Shown here: in pieces, positions 13,995 to 26,959 of the stretch | Layout: every line of letters starts with the position of its first letter | Numbering within the stretch: position 1 is the first letter of the stretch | Source: Selaginella moellendorffii | Lineage: Eukaryota > Plantae > Lycopodiophyta | Direction: 5' to 3' | Length of the DNA stretch: 64,000 bases | Assembly: GCF_000143415.4 (NCBI RefSeq) | Contig: NW_003314275.1 | Coordinates: 935,955 to 999,954 of the forward strand | Position numbers and translations under genes: made by a program | Notes under the pieces: generated by a model | The model's input: the letters and a program-made list of their open reading frames with translations, nothing else | The model's database searches: none | Told to the model about the DNA's origin: nothing

Positions 13995-14740
13995 AGAGCT
14001 CAACCTCTTGCTCACGGGAGTACATCCCGGCTTGCAGTAGGTGGCCAGCGTGGTTGGTGTAATCTCTTCTGGTGCTGCACATCCTTTTGGTAACTTGGAA
14101 CAGTTTGGTGGCACATCCTGGTCCGTGTTCTGGACTTGCTCCAAACCTGGGTGATTCAGGGCCAGATTTTGCCATCTCGCTTTTCCTGGGGACATTAACT
14201 TGGTTTGTGGTATTGGAGATCCGGATGCGCAACCATGAGGGCTTAACCACTTGCTCGCAGGAATACATCCTGGCTTGCAGTAGGTGGCCAGCATGGTTGG
14301 TGTAATCTCTTCTGGTGCCACACATCCTTTTGGTAACTCGGGAACAGTTTGGTGGCACATCCTCGTCCGTGTTCTGGAGTTGCTCCAAACCAGGGTGATT
14401 TCTTGGTCAGTGGGAGCTCTTCAGGGCCAGGCATGGCATTTTGCCATCTCACTTTTCCTAGGGACACCAACTTGGTTTGTGGTATTGGAGATTTGGATGC
14501 GCAACCATGAGGGTTCAACCTCTTGCTTGCGGGAGTACATCCCAGCTTACAGTAGGCGGCCAGTGTGGTTAGTGTAATCTCTTCTGGTGCCACACACCCT
14601 TTTGGTAACTCGGGAACAGTTTGGTGGCACATCCTCATCTGTGTTCTGGACTTGCTCCAAACTAGGGTGAGTTCCTGGTCAGTGGGTGCTCTTCAGGGCC
14701 AGGCATGGCATTTTGCCATCTCGCTTTTCTTGGGGACATC
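13995..14740. repeat. Tandem array of ~250-270 bp units, interrupted by the Copia insertion and resuming at 19504-19715
   Basis: Unit gagtacatcc..gcttgcagtaggtggccagcgtggttggtgtaatctcttctggtgc..cacatccttttggtaact recurs at ~14018, ~14280, ~14533 and ~19573. Confidence 0.9.
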
Positions 14741-17700
14741 TGTAGATTGTGTGGTTTTGTGTGTGGAATGCTCTTAGATGAATGACTTGTCTTCTTTGCT
14801 GATGTGGAGATTTGTCATCACTTGTCTCCACACTCCTTCTCAAGGCTTGCACCATCAGTCAAATGGAGTGATTTGAGGAAGAGTTCATGCTTCACTCAAG
14901 GCAAGGACTTTGTCAGGATATCAGCGACCATTGAGCTGGTTGGACAGAATTCCAGGTTGATTGTTCCATTGTTGACTTGATCCCAAATGAAATGGAACCT
15001 CAACTCAATGTGCTTAGTGCATGAGTGAAATTTTGCATCCTGAGTGAACGCTATTGCCGACATATTGTCGCAGTAGAGTTTGACTGCTGGAATTTGAATC
15101 CTAAGGTCCTACAGCAATGTCTTAAGCCAGATGGCCTCTTTCACTGCTGTTGCAGCTACTATGTATTCAGATTCGCATGAGGACATCGCAGTGATCTATT
15201 GCCTCCTGGAACACCAACTAACCATGTTATGGTTATACATGAAAACATACCCTGAGGTGGATCTTTTGTCATTTGGATCTCTTGCCCAGTCTGCATCTGT
15301 GAATCCCACCAGGCCGTTGTCTCCATGTGAATTTCCTTGTGCCACTCACATACCTCATGATCCGCTTCATAGTGGCCCAATGTGAGGGAGATGGATTGTC
15401 CAGGAACTTTGAGACTGCTCCCACATTGAATGCGAAGTCAAGCCTAGTTGAGACCATCAAGTAGATGAGGCTCCCAACCACTGAACGGTACAGTGTTGTG
15501 GTCTCCTCCTCGGGAGTGTTATCAGAGGTTGATGTCAAACTAAAAGCCTTGAGCTTGCTTCCATAGGAGTAGCCACCGGGTTACCATTAAGCATAGAGTA
15601 CCTCTGGAGAATGTCATGGATGTATTTCTCCTGGGAGAGCTCAAGTACTCCACATTGCCTATCCCGGCAGACTTGAATTCCCAGACAGTAGTGCATGTTT
15701 CCCAAATCGGTCATCTCGAATTTAGCAGTGAGAGAGGCCTTGATGTGGTGGATGAGTCGCATCTGGTTAGAGGCTAATATTGTATTGTCCACATATAAGG
15801 CTAAGAATAGAAATCCTTGGCCATCTCGATATATGTAGAGATTATTATCAGCCGTGTTGCGAGTAAAGCCCAACAAGGTCAGAAAGCTGTTAATTTTAGT
15901 GTACCATTACTTGGGGCTTTGTTTCAGCCTGTAGAGAGCCTTGTGCAAGCAGTAGACGAGATGCTTCTGTCCGGGACGTATAAACCCAGGAGGCTGGGCA
16001 ACATACACCTCCTCCTCAAGATCACTGTTCAGAAAATCAGTTCAAACATCAAGTTGATGGAGCTCCAAGTCGAGCTCAGCTACAAGGCTCATCAAAACAT
16101 GAATTATTGTCAGCTTTACAATAGGGCTATAAGTTTCAGAGTAATCAACTCCCTAGATCTGATAGAAAACATGAGCTACAAAGTGTGCCTTGTAGCGCTT
16201 GATGCTGCCATCAGCTCGATATTTCTTCTTGAACAGCCACTTGGTTGTGACTGCCTTCTTGCCGGGAGGGAGGGGAACCAATGTCCAGGTTCCATTCTTG
16301 ATCAATGAGGCATACTCGTCCTGCATGGCCACTTGCCACTGTGAGGCATTAGGATTGGAGAGAGCAGCTTGGTAGCCATGAGGTTCAGCAATGGAGCTCA
16401 TAGCCCAGTAGAATCCCTTCTTGTGTGGAGCTTGAGCAAGAGATTCTAGAGCTTTGACCGTTGGCTTGCTCACTTGTCCTGAACATGTAACAGCTCTAAT
16501 CTCTTGATGAGGTGGTGGTGTCATGAGAAAATCTGGAGGAGGTGAGCAGGAAAATCCTTCAACTGTTTCTTCACCAATGAACAGCTCGTCCACAGTAGTA
16601 GCAAGATTTTGCTCACTAGATGAAGTAGTGTTGCTACTAGTAGCCATTGAAGTGACCAGAGGAACTGGTAGCAATAGAGTTGCTAGAGAAGGCTCATCAC
16701 CAAGTGGAAGAGGTGTTCCTCCTTCTGGAATGAGCAGCCTTTGGACTGCTGGTGCTTGTGGGTGGGTGAGCTCATCATCCAGTATATGGGTCAAGTCCAC
16801 CAAGTTAGAATTTGAAGGAATAGTACCTTGAATGTGGTGATAAAGCTCTTGCTCATTGAAAGAGACATCTCGGCTAACCACGAGCTTCTTGAGAGGCAGA
16901 TTATAAAAGTGGTAGGCCTTGGAATGAACATGATAGCCCACAAAGATGGTCTTCTGGCTCCTAGGATCCAGCTTCTGCCGAGTCACATCTGGAATGCGAG
17001 CATATGCTGTGCAGCCAAAAACCCTCAAGTGCCTTAACTGAGGATGCTTCCTAGTCCAAGCTTGATAAGGAACCACACTAGTGCTCTTTGTGGGAAGGCA
17101 ATTACGAATGTAAAGAGCCATGTTAATGGCTTCACCCCAAAAGGAGTTGGGTATACCTACGTGCTGGAGAAGGCAATGAACAATCTCTAGCAGAGTGTGA
17201 TTAACGCACTCTACCACGCAGTTATGTTGGAGAGTATGGGCTGTCGTGTACTAGTGAACGATGCCAGCCTCAGCCAAAAAGTTGAGAAACTCTTTGTTCA
17301 GGTACTCTCTACCACCATCTGTGTGTAACACATGAATCTTTTGGCCAGTAGACATCTCTGCCCAGCTCTAAAAAAGCTTAAAGTGGTTGAACACTTCGCT
17401 CTTGGCATGGAGAAGGCTCACCGTAGCATATCTGGAATAGTCATCAATAAAAGACACAAACTACTTCTTGCGGCTGAGTGTTTCCACGGGCAAGTAGCAC
17501 ATGTCACTGTGAACTAGATCCAATAAGCCTGTAGCTTGGTCCTCCATGGTTCTTGATGGAAAAGGAAGGCAAACTTACTTCCCAAGATGACAAGTTTCAC
17601 ACACACCCAGATGGCCAGCTGGGAGCGTGATGCCTTTAGTATGTTGGTTACAAGTTAAAGCATGCAGATCTCATTTATTGACATGCCCCAGATGAGTATG

Positions 17701-19503
17701 CTAGAGCTCAATGGTGTTGTGCTTGGAAAGCAAGCACTTGAGCTAGAAAAACCAATTCTACATTTAAATGGTAGAGTGTTTCACATCTCACGCCACTGGC
17801 TACAGAAGTACCATCACGACCATAGATGGTGCACCCTTTTGGAAAGAAGGTGGTAGTAAAGCCTTGATCTTAGGCTGCACCTATAGAAAGAACCGTCTGC
17901 CCTACTTCAGGTATAAAGTGCACGTGATGAACCTCCTTAAGAGGTCCATTAGGTAGCGTGATCACCACCATGCCATGACCTTCCACCTGGAGTGGTCGCT
18001 TGTTGCCAACATAAACCTGTTGTGGAGCTTGAAGACCCTTGTAAGTGTGAAATGCACCATCCTCTCCTTGCCAAAAGTGAACACCTCGTTCCACTTGGGG
18101 TAGAGTGTGCTAGGCACAAATCTGGTGCGCGCGGTGTGCAATCCCAATGAGATCTTGGCGAAGGGATCGATGGCGGCATCCTTGGATGCCAACGCGCACG
18201 CCTTGATGACACGGACAGAGAGGTACTACATCCTCTCCACCACCACTATCCAGCCATAGAACCTCAAGAGCAGACACCGGTGACAGATAAAGAGCCATCA
18301 TCAACAACGAGTTGCTCTGGGTAAGCATGTGCTGGGTGGCAACCTTCTTTGCATGACAATCACACTCAACATGCCCCATCTTTCCACAATAGTTGCAAGG
18401 ACCCTTTTTCTTCTTGATCTTTTTCTAGTTAGATCTAGAGTTGGGAGTTGTAGTAGAAGAGATACAAGGCCCACAACTAGTGCCTCCTTTCCTCTACTCC
18501 CCACTCAATTGTTTCTTACCAAGAAACAAGGCTTACTCGCGAGCAACTTGAGGGGATCCTTGATGGCTAGCTTGACGCTCAGCAATCTTGTGCTCTTCCT
18601 TGAGCAGATCAGAGTAGAGCTCCTCCATGGTTTTGCCTGGGACAAAAGAGAGTATGGAGGACGATTATTGCAACTCTAGGGATATAGAGTAGAGCAGAAA
18701 GGCTTTTGCATAGTCATCGGAAATTGCAGCATTTACTTCCTTCAGCTGCTGCATTAAGCCCTTGAGCTTCCTGATGTATGTTGCCATTGTCTCACCAGGC
18801 TGCATGTATAGGGAGAAAAATTTCTAGGTCAAAACCAAAATAAATTCATCTCCAAGACCCAGTCCAATCACAAAAAGGGCTTTGCGGTTCTTGGAGTCCC
18901 AAGTAGCCTGCAAGGTTGCTTCTGTATCTTGAGGTTTGACTTCAGTTCCTTCCACTAAATCCCAACAATCTTTTGCCATTAAAATTAATTGGACTTTGGT
19001 CTTCCAAATTGTGAAGTTCTCACCCATGAACTTTTAGAGTAGCTTCTCCCATCTTGCATCTCAGTTGCCAGCTGGGATGGCCATGGTGCTTGCTAGGGTG
19101 GTTCTAAATGTAGTGCGAGGTGGAGTACTAGTAGCCATTAGTTTCTAGATGAAAGGACAAAACAGCACAGTAAGCTAGAAGCGAGGAGGGGGAGGAGGTG
19201 GTGGGAATCATTGGAAGGGATGCCCACACGCCATGCACACAAAGTGACAATTAGGGTAGAGGCATGGATGGACATCACGTTGCGCTTGCTTGCGTTCTTG
19301 AATCCGTCATTCCACCCTAGCAAGGACTGCAAGAGCCCTAGTGCGGTCCTGCTCATCATGTTGCTGTGTTTACCAGTGTTTCACCATCAAAATCAAAACA
19401 AACCCGATACCATGTAGATGTGTGATTTTGTGTGCAGAATGCTCTTAGATGAATGACTTGTCTTCTTTGCTAATGTGGAGACTTGTCATCACTTGTCTCC
19501 ACA
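14741..19503 (-). mobile_element. Ty1/Copia LTR retrotransposon, structurally complete but coding-degenerate
   Basis: LTRs at 14741-14832 and 19413-19503 (TG...CA). TSD ACATC/ACATT. PBS-like TGGTATCGGG and PPT GAGAAGGAG. Gag (GENFTIWK; CNYCGKMGH knuckle), protease WLDSG, integrase (FWGEAINMALYIRNCLPT, HLRVFGC), RT (ALYVDN, FEMTDLG) and RNase H in Copia order. Confidence 0.95.
18058..18243 (-). pseudogene. Captured fragment of an MCTP (FTIP1/QUIRKY family) C2 domain inside the Copia protease region
   Basis: Reads VERM*YLSVRVIKACALASKDAAIDPFAKISLGLHTARTRFVPSTLYPKWNEVFTFGKERM, matching the MCTP C2 pattern VExMxYLxVRVVKAR...DP...WNxVFAF. Confidence 0.8.
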
Positions 19504-20699
19504 ACATTAACTTGGTTGGTGGTATTGGAGATCCAGATGCACAACCATGAAGGCTCAACCTCTAGCTCGTGGGAGTACATCTCAACTTGCAATAGGTGGC
19601 CAGCGTGGTTGGTGTATTCACTCCCAATGCTGCACACCCTTTTGGCAACTCGGGAACAGTTTTGGTGGCACAAACTTGTTCATGTGCAGGAGTCACTCTC
19701 TACCAGGGTGATATCGTGGTGTGTGAGCAATTTTTTTTGGTGAGGTATGGGCTGTTGTTGTTTTGCTTTACTGGGCGAGCCACTTGGTGTGTGCTATTCA
19801 GGAAGGAAACAACTATGACCAGCCTAAATTTTAGTGTGTGGGATTGCATTTGGTGGCTGACATTGTTGTTTCCCTCTTGGTCATGCACCAAGTAGGCTTC
19901 TCCAGGACAGCATATGTCTCTTGGTGTCTTGATGGCAGTCGTGATGGCTGGCAGCAAGTCTTTTCAACTCTCATTTCGGGCATGTGCTAGACTTGGTGCA
20001 GAATCCTAGGTGATATCCTAGACTTTGCTTCCCGATCTGCTCTCAAGTCCAATATGCATGGATAAAGAATCTTCACCTTTTGTACGCACTCCATGTCTAT
20101 GGAAACACACATGGTAGGATATGAGCATAAGCAATATAGATGAAATGAGATGGATATTCAGTTTAATTGAAATGAAATCTCATGGCACTATACTAGTTAT
20201 ATATGCTCACTTTGCCGTGGTGGAATGCTTGGATTTCTTCTTGCACTTTTTGGTAATCTCACATATTTCTGAGGGGGAGCTGGGGATGCAACTTCCCACA
20301 GCTCACCCTACCATTCTTCCGAGGGGGGAGATGGGGATGCGACTTTCCATGGCTCACACCCTACCATACTTCTGGCACTCTAATATTTCAGTTCACCTTT
20401 GGCAATATGTATTATATTGGAAAACTACAAAATCACCTTTAGTGAATCCTCTTTAATCTAATCTAGATCCAAACATAAAAAGGAAAAAAATACTTAGCCA
20501 TGTATTATCGCAAAGATGTTAATGCTGAGATTGATTTACATCTCATAGCCTTGATCCCTAGAAGGCAGTGAGTAAAATAGGCATGGAAGAGAAGAATAGA
20601 TGTTGAGCAAGTGGGCTATATGTTATTATGGCTAAGGATATAAAAAGACAAAAAGGGGATTAATCTGGCATGCTATCACCAGCCTATATATCCACTACA

Positions 20700-23600
20700 T
20701 GCCTAGTCATCCAAGTTAGAAATTTGATTGGGAGAAATCTTGATTTCAATTCCTAACTCAAGAAATGCCTTTGCGAAAATCACAATACAATGTACCCCTC
20801 TATTCTTTGATGACTAGAGTTGAGTAGCTCTTGTAGCTCAAGCTTCCATTGTGGTGGTAGTAGCAGCTATGTTATTAGCCTTTGGTTCTTCCTCGTAGTC
20901 CTCAAGCTTGTCACAAGTGTAGTTCTTAATGGCAATTTCGAGCATTTGAAGTTGGGCCTTGAGCTCCATGTTTTTTTTGGTGAGGCAGGCATTCTCAAGT
21001 TAGTACTGCTACACTAACTTGGAAGATTCTTGGCAGGTGTTTGGTGTTGGGAGTTTGTGAGACTGCATAGTGCGAAGGACTCCCTTTACCTGATCAAATT
21101 CTTGAGCCATGCTCACCAACTTCTCCTCGTGTGGTCATGCAAAAACGTTGTGAAAGAAGCTCTCCATGCCATTCCACGCATACACTGCCATATTGGAGTT
21201 ATGGTACTACTCCAAAAAGTTTGTAGGCATGGTATAGTACACTTTCGGTTGTAGCTGCTCTTCTGCTTCAACTGGAATATTGTATTTGTCACAGTGATGG
21301 CACTTGGTGCTCATGTGCTCATGAGGAAACTAGCGATGCATTGTTGAACTAGGCGGCTACATGTCGTCAACGCTAATGTCTGGAGGAAATGTTTGTGTGC
21401 TCTCAGGCTGTGGTGGTGCCAGTTGCTATTGCAGATTGCGGTGTGGCTTAACAAGCTACTGTAGCTCAGTTGGCTGCTATGGCAAAGGTGGTTACTCCTC
21501 AGCAGGCTGATGTAGCTTTGCTAGTTGCTGCGGTAGAAATGGCTGCTCGTTGGCAAGCTGCTGTGGTGGAAACGGCTGCTTGGCAAGCTATTGCTGCTCG
21601 GCAAGCTGTGGCAGAGAAGGTTGGTGCTGCTCAATAGGCTGTAGTGGTGGAGGCTGCTACTACTCTGCAAACTATTGTGGCATGGCAGGCTGCTGCTAAG
21701 GCTGGTGTTGCTCAGCAAGCTGCTCCTGTTGCACAGGTGGTTCATGAAGAGCAATGTGCCCTTGCACAACGGATGGTGGAATTGTAACCATCTCAAGATT
21801 TTCAAGAATATTCTGTGTTGGCTGAAAGTGATCGTCCACCGGAATTGTTGTCATTGGAGATGGAAGTGGCACTAGTTCATGCAGTGGTGATGGTGGCAAA
21901 GGCTGCAAGCTCTTCATTGATGGCTTTGTATGTGCCAAACTCTATTGCTGTTTTGTTTTGGAGCTGGAGGTTCTCGTTGGTTGTTGTCGTGTCGGCACCT
22001 TGTGTTGGACTGCTTGCACATCATTGTTGTCATTGTTAACCTATGGAGTCCCAACATTTCTTCGGCCTTATCCCTGTGTCTTTCTTCGTGGAGTTGCTAC
22101 TACCTTTCGCTGGACCTTTTTCTTCTCGGTGTTCATCAAGTTGTCTTCAGCTTGGTGCTTTGAACTTTCCGTGGCTGCGTGTTGTAGAGGTAGAGGTGGT
22201 GGATTATAAATCACCATGGCTTGACTCCTATGCATGATGATGGCGTGGACATACAGTAGTATCAGCGTCCTCACACATCTCCCCGCATTGAGATCTGCTG
22301 TCACCTTTTTAAGTTCCTTGTGAAACTTCGGGATCACATATCTTGCTAAATCCACTTTCTTCCCAGCTTAAAGATCCTCATAGATGAAGGCCACATATCT
22401 GCTCACTATCGTTGCAGTCTTCCAAAACTCCAGAAGGAACTTGAAGATCTTGTAGAGCCCGTCCTTGACATTGGAGAATTGCAAACTAAGCACCGAGTTG
22501 TAGCTCCCGAAACTGAATCTTCAAGTTCAACCTGGCCAGTGGCGAGATCCATCAAGTGAGACCTCTTGTTGCTCACTTGATTCATGAGATATCCCGCCAT
22601 TCATTCTGCAAAGTCAAAGAGGCCGTGATTGCGAGTCCAACGCTTGACATTGGCATCGAATTGCCACTCAAGATTTTGAGAGAGGATGATGGTATCTGTC
22701 TTGGGTGTTTGCTTGGTTCGCATTGTGTCGACTCTTCAGCTGTGTTGAGAATGCACTTGCACTTTCTTCTTGTCTCTCTCGATCAGTGCATTTCTTAGAA
22801 TCTGATGCACTCATTTGAGATGGGTGCCTAGCTGACGATCACTCTCTAGCACACGTGTGATCTCAAGATTTGCTTGCCACTCAAGCTTACCCTTGTGATT
22901 TTTCAGCGCACACTTCCTCTCCGATCAGGGTTAGGGCTAACTCTGTTTTATTGTTTTGTTCATATGCATTTTCACTAACTCTTTTCTTGAGTAGAGTTGT
23001 TTGTGATTGTTGTGGAACTGTTTTATGTGCAATGTGAGTTGTATTGGTTTCATTGGTAGTCAATTCTAGCATGGTATGCGTGGCTTGCATATATGCTATG
23101 CTTGGTTCTTGATATTTTCTCAATTTTGTTGAGATTGACTATTTCAATTTCTTCATCATCGAGTGTTGCTAAGTGAGTTGTGCCGGGTGTTTGCATATTT
23201 GTGATCTTGAATGGTCCTTCCCATTAATGTACCAATTTGCCTCAAATTTTGTTGACATTTCCTCTATACCATAGAACAAAATTTCCAACTTCAAATCTAT
23301 CAATTTTCTTTATAGTTTGTTTTCTATTGTGATAAGCTTTTTTTCTTGTTTGTATGGCTTCAATTGTCCATAAAGCATTTAATCTTTCTTCATCTAACTT
23401 TTCTAGCATATCCAATCTTTTCTTGATTAATTTGCAGCTAAATTATCATTCTCAAGGATGGTACAATATATTCTAGTGGTGTCAAAGCTTGAAGTCCATA
23501 AGCTAATTTAAATGGAGTTGAATTTATTGAAACTTTATATGCTATTTTATAAGCCCAAAGAGCATCATAAACTCTATTATCCCAATATTTAAGATTGGTT

Positions 23601-26600
23601 TGCACTATTTTCTTCAGTATGTTCTTAAGTGTTTTGTTTGTGGATTCAGCTTGACTATTGCCCTGTGGATAATATGGTGTAAATTTCTTATGTTTAATAA
23701 TGAATTCGTTTAGTAAAATCTTGATTGTTTCATTGAGGAAATGTGTTCTTCTATCCATTTAGGGTTTAGGGTTTAGGTAATCCATATGATAATCATTTCA
23801 TAAAGAAACTTAGCTATATTCTTTGCTATCGCTTTCTTGAGTGGTTGAGCTTTTGCCCATTTTGTCATATAATCTATTGCTATCAAAACATATTGATTTC
23901 CATTCTTGCTCTTTTGTATGGGTCCTACAAAATCTAGGCCCTATCATTAGAAAGGTTCTATTGCTATAGTTAGATTTAGTTCTTATGTTTTTTTCTTGGG
24001 TGGAAATTTTATACACTAACAAATGTCACAAGTTTGACAAAACTATGAAGTGCCTTTCCATAATGTAAGCCACCATAGGCTTACTTGCAATATTTTTTTG
24101 TTATAATTTCTTTTGCAAAATGCCCACCAAAACAACTTGTATGAGCTTTTTCTAGTAACTCTTGTATTTCTTCTTGTGATTTTATACATCTTCTTTATAT
24201 ATTATCATGTTCAATTTTATAAAGTTTTCTTCTGATGACTGAGTATCATCATGTCCTCAAGACGAATTGTTTTATCTTTTGTGGTACATGATGTCAAAAC
24301 TTTTGTAGTTGTTAAATAACTAAAGATTTCTTGAAATGTATTGTGGGTGGTAATCTTAAAAAGATGTGAATCAGGTAAGTCATCGTTGGGGTTTTGTATA
24401 TTTTCCCCAGTTGTAATTATGCTGAGATGATCAACTTATTCATGGTATTTGTTAGGTTTGTGAACTATCTCAAATTTGAATTCTTGTAATAACAAAAACC
24501 ATTTTATTATTCTTCCGCTAAGGATGGGTTTGTTAAGTAGATGAATCAATGCTTGATGATTGACAAATATTTTTACTTTGTTGGAAAGTAAATAGTGTCA
24601 AATTTTGGTTAAAGCATATATCATGCCTAAGACTTCTTTTTCTGTAGTTGTATAATTTATTTTGGGTGGAGAAAGTCATCAACTTGCATAATATTGTTAT
24701 TATAAAAGTGCAACCACCTAATGACTTCAAAAATTTGAGAAGTTTTCTAGGTAAGATAGGTTACCATCAAAGATTTATCAAGGACTATGCCAAAGTAGCT
24801 AAACCATTAACTAATTTATTCAAGAAAGATAAATTTTATCACTAGACTCAAAAATGTCAACAAGCATTCTTGATACTTAAAGATAAACTTACACATGCAC
24901 CAATTCTTGTCCAACCAATCTGGACTCAAGAATTTGTTGTATAAGTTAATACTTCTAACAATTTTTTGCCAACAAAAAGTTGATAATCATGATAACCCCA
25001 TTCAGTTTTAGCTTTATCGATTTGAATACCTCGATTGGAAACAATGTGGGCAAGTAGTATTCCTAATTTAACAAGGAAAGTACATTTTTCAGGATTAAGA
25101 GCAATTTGGTTTTATCTACATTTGATAAATATTTCTTGAGGTAGTCAAGATGTTTATCTTTAGGTCTAAAGACATTAAAATCATCCATAAAGACTTTTAT
25201 GAAATTTGTGAGATAATCTTGGAAGGTATCACTAATGATTCGTTGAAAGGTAAATAGAGCATTAGTTAATCCAAATGGCATTCACATGTATGCATATGCT
25301 CCCCATGGACTTATAAAAGCTGTTTTATATTGATTTTTAATAGCTATGTGTACTTGATTGTAGCCTAAAAAACTTTCAAGAAATGAGTATATCTCATGAC
25401 CGGCTATGGCATTGCATATTTTATTTGAAAATGGTATGGGAAAAGTATCTTTTGTAGTGGCATCATTTAACTTCTTATAGTTCACATATGCATAATTTCC
25501 CATTTTTCTTGGGTACAATGACTAAAGGTGATAGCCATTAGGCATTTTGTATTAGATATATAAATCTTGCTTCAAGGAGTTTGTTGATTTCAGTTTTTAC
25601 TTTTTTAGCAAACGTTGGATTCATCTAGTAAATAATTTGTTTAATGGGTTGAATTCCTAGAAGTAATTCAATTCGATGTGTACATAAATCAAGTGGTAAA
25701 CCTTTGAGGTATTTATATGACCAAGCAAAGACATCTTTATACTTAATAAAGAGTGCAGTAGCGTCAAGTTTAAAAGTTTCATCGAATTGTGTAGTTATTA
25801 AAATGTTTTGTGGGTTTGAGGGAGTCTTAAATTTAATTCTTCAATGTCTTCATTAATATTTATGCAAAGTTTGAATTCTTGATTTTCAGTGGTGAGAGTT
25901 GGTTCATCTTGTATATTTAAGTGATATTTTGTAGTTTATAATTATTCTAGTTGTATCACTGGTCTTGCTTTTTGTATGGTAGTTTTTGTTATATTTGTTT
26001 TTTTTAAAATTTGGTTGTTTTGAATCTTCACAGTCTTGACACTTGGATACAAAAAGTATCCTGTTGAGGTCAATTTCTTGAATTGACTTAAGTTCAAGAT
26101 ATGCTTCAAATAATTTAGCTTCTTCAAGATTGTTTAAGCCTTTTTGCCAATTGTACTCTTGAACTTGTGTTTGTCAAAAACTTCATGAGATTTTCTTGCT
26201 TGTCAATATTAATATTTTAGTTTGTCCTTTTTGGGATTGTATACATATCTCATGTTCCATCTAATATTGTGCATAAACAGCTTTGTTAAGTCAAAGTCTT
26301 CTGAGCAAGATTTTGTAAGAAGATTCTTCAATTGACATTTTTAACACAACAAAGCTAACTTTAAATTTATGTCCTTTGATTGTTATAGAGACATCATGTA
26401 CAATGCCTGTTGGTTTGACAACTCTTTGATTAACCATGCATACATTGAATGGTGCAATTTATATATTGCCAAGTCCTAAAGCTTTACATAATGTATATTC
26501 AATGATGTTAACTCCAAAACCTCCATCAAAGATAGCTCCTTCAATATGATTTTTGCCGATATATACATTGATACAAGGTATATTATCATCATAATCATCA

Positions 26601-26950
26601 AGTTGGATTCTGTAAATATTTTTTTGTTGTGTTGGTTGATATTAGTGTTTTTCTTGTATGCAAGCTTTAGATATCCTTTGATTACATATCTTTAAGATTT
26701 ATTTTTTCATATATGGTGCTATTTGTAATATTCATTATAGGGTTAAAATAATTCCTTGCTGTAGTATGTGTTTGGCAATGGTTGTATGCTCACTTGAGTA
26801 AAGCTTAATACTTAAGTTTGGTCGTCTTGATTGTATATTTAATCATTAATAATTTTGGGATCTTTGTTTTGAAGCTCTTGTTAGATAGTTTTAAGTATTT
26901 TCTTACTCTTTTTCCATTTTGTATTCTTGATGTCTAATGCTTGATCACTT
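20700..26950 (-). mobile_element. Highly decayed, AT-rich Ty3/Gypsy element (protease-RT-RNaseH-integrase) plus a downstream Gln/Pro-rich extra ORF remnant
   Basis: RT YKKLNDATTKDTFPIPF and MPFGLTNA...KVFMDD. Integrase TPYYPQGNSQAESTNKTLKNIL...TPFKLAYG. Q/P-rich remnant at 21300-21950 with many C-to-T stops. LTRs not identified; boundaries approximate. Confidence 0.85.
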
Positions 26951-26959
26951 TCATTTCAA

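Noticed and set aside
13995-14740. Regular repeats as a CRISPR-like array or real repeat-protein ORFs (13780-14638)
   Set aside because: Units are ~260-bp degenerate tandem copies with no unique spacers, and reading frames are not preserved between units.
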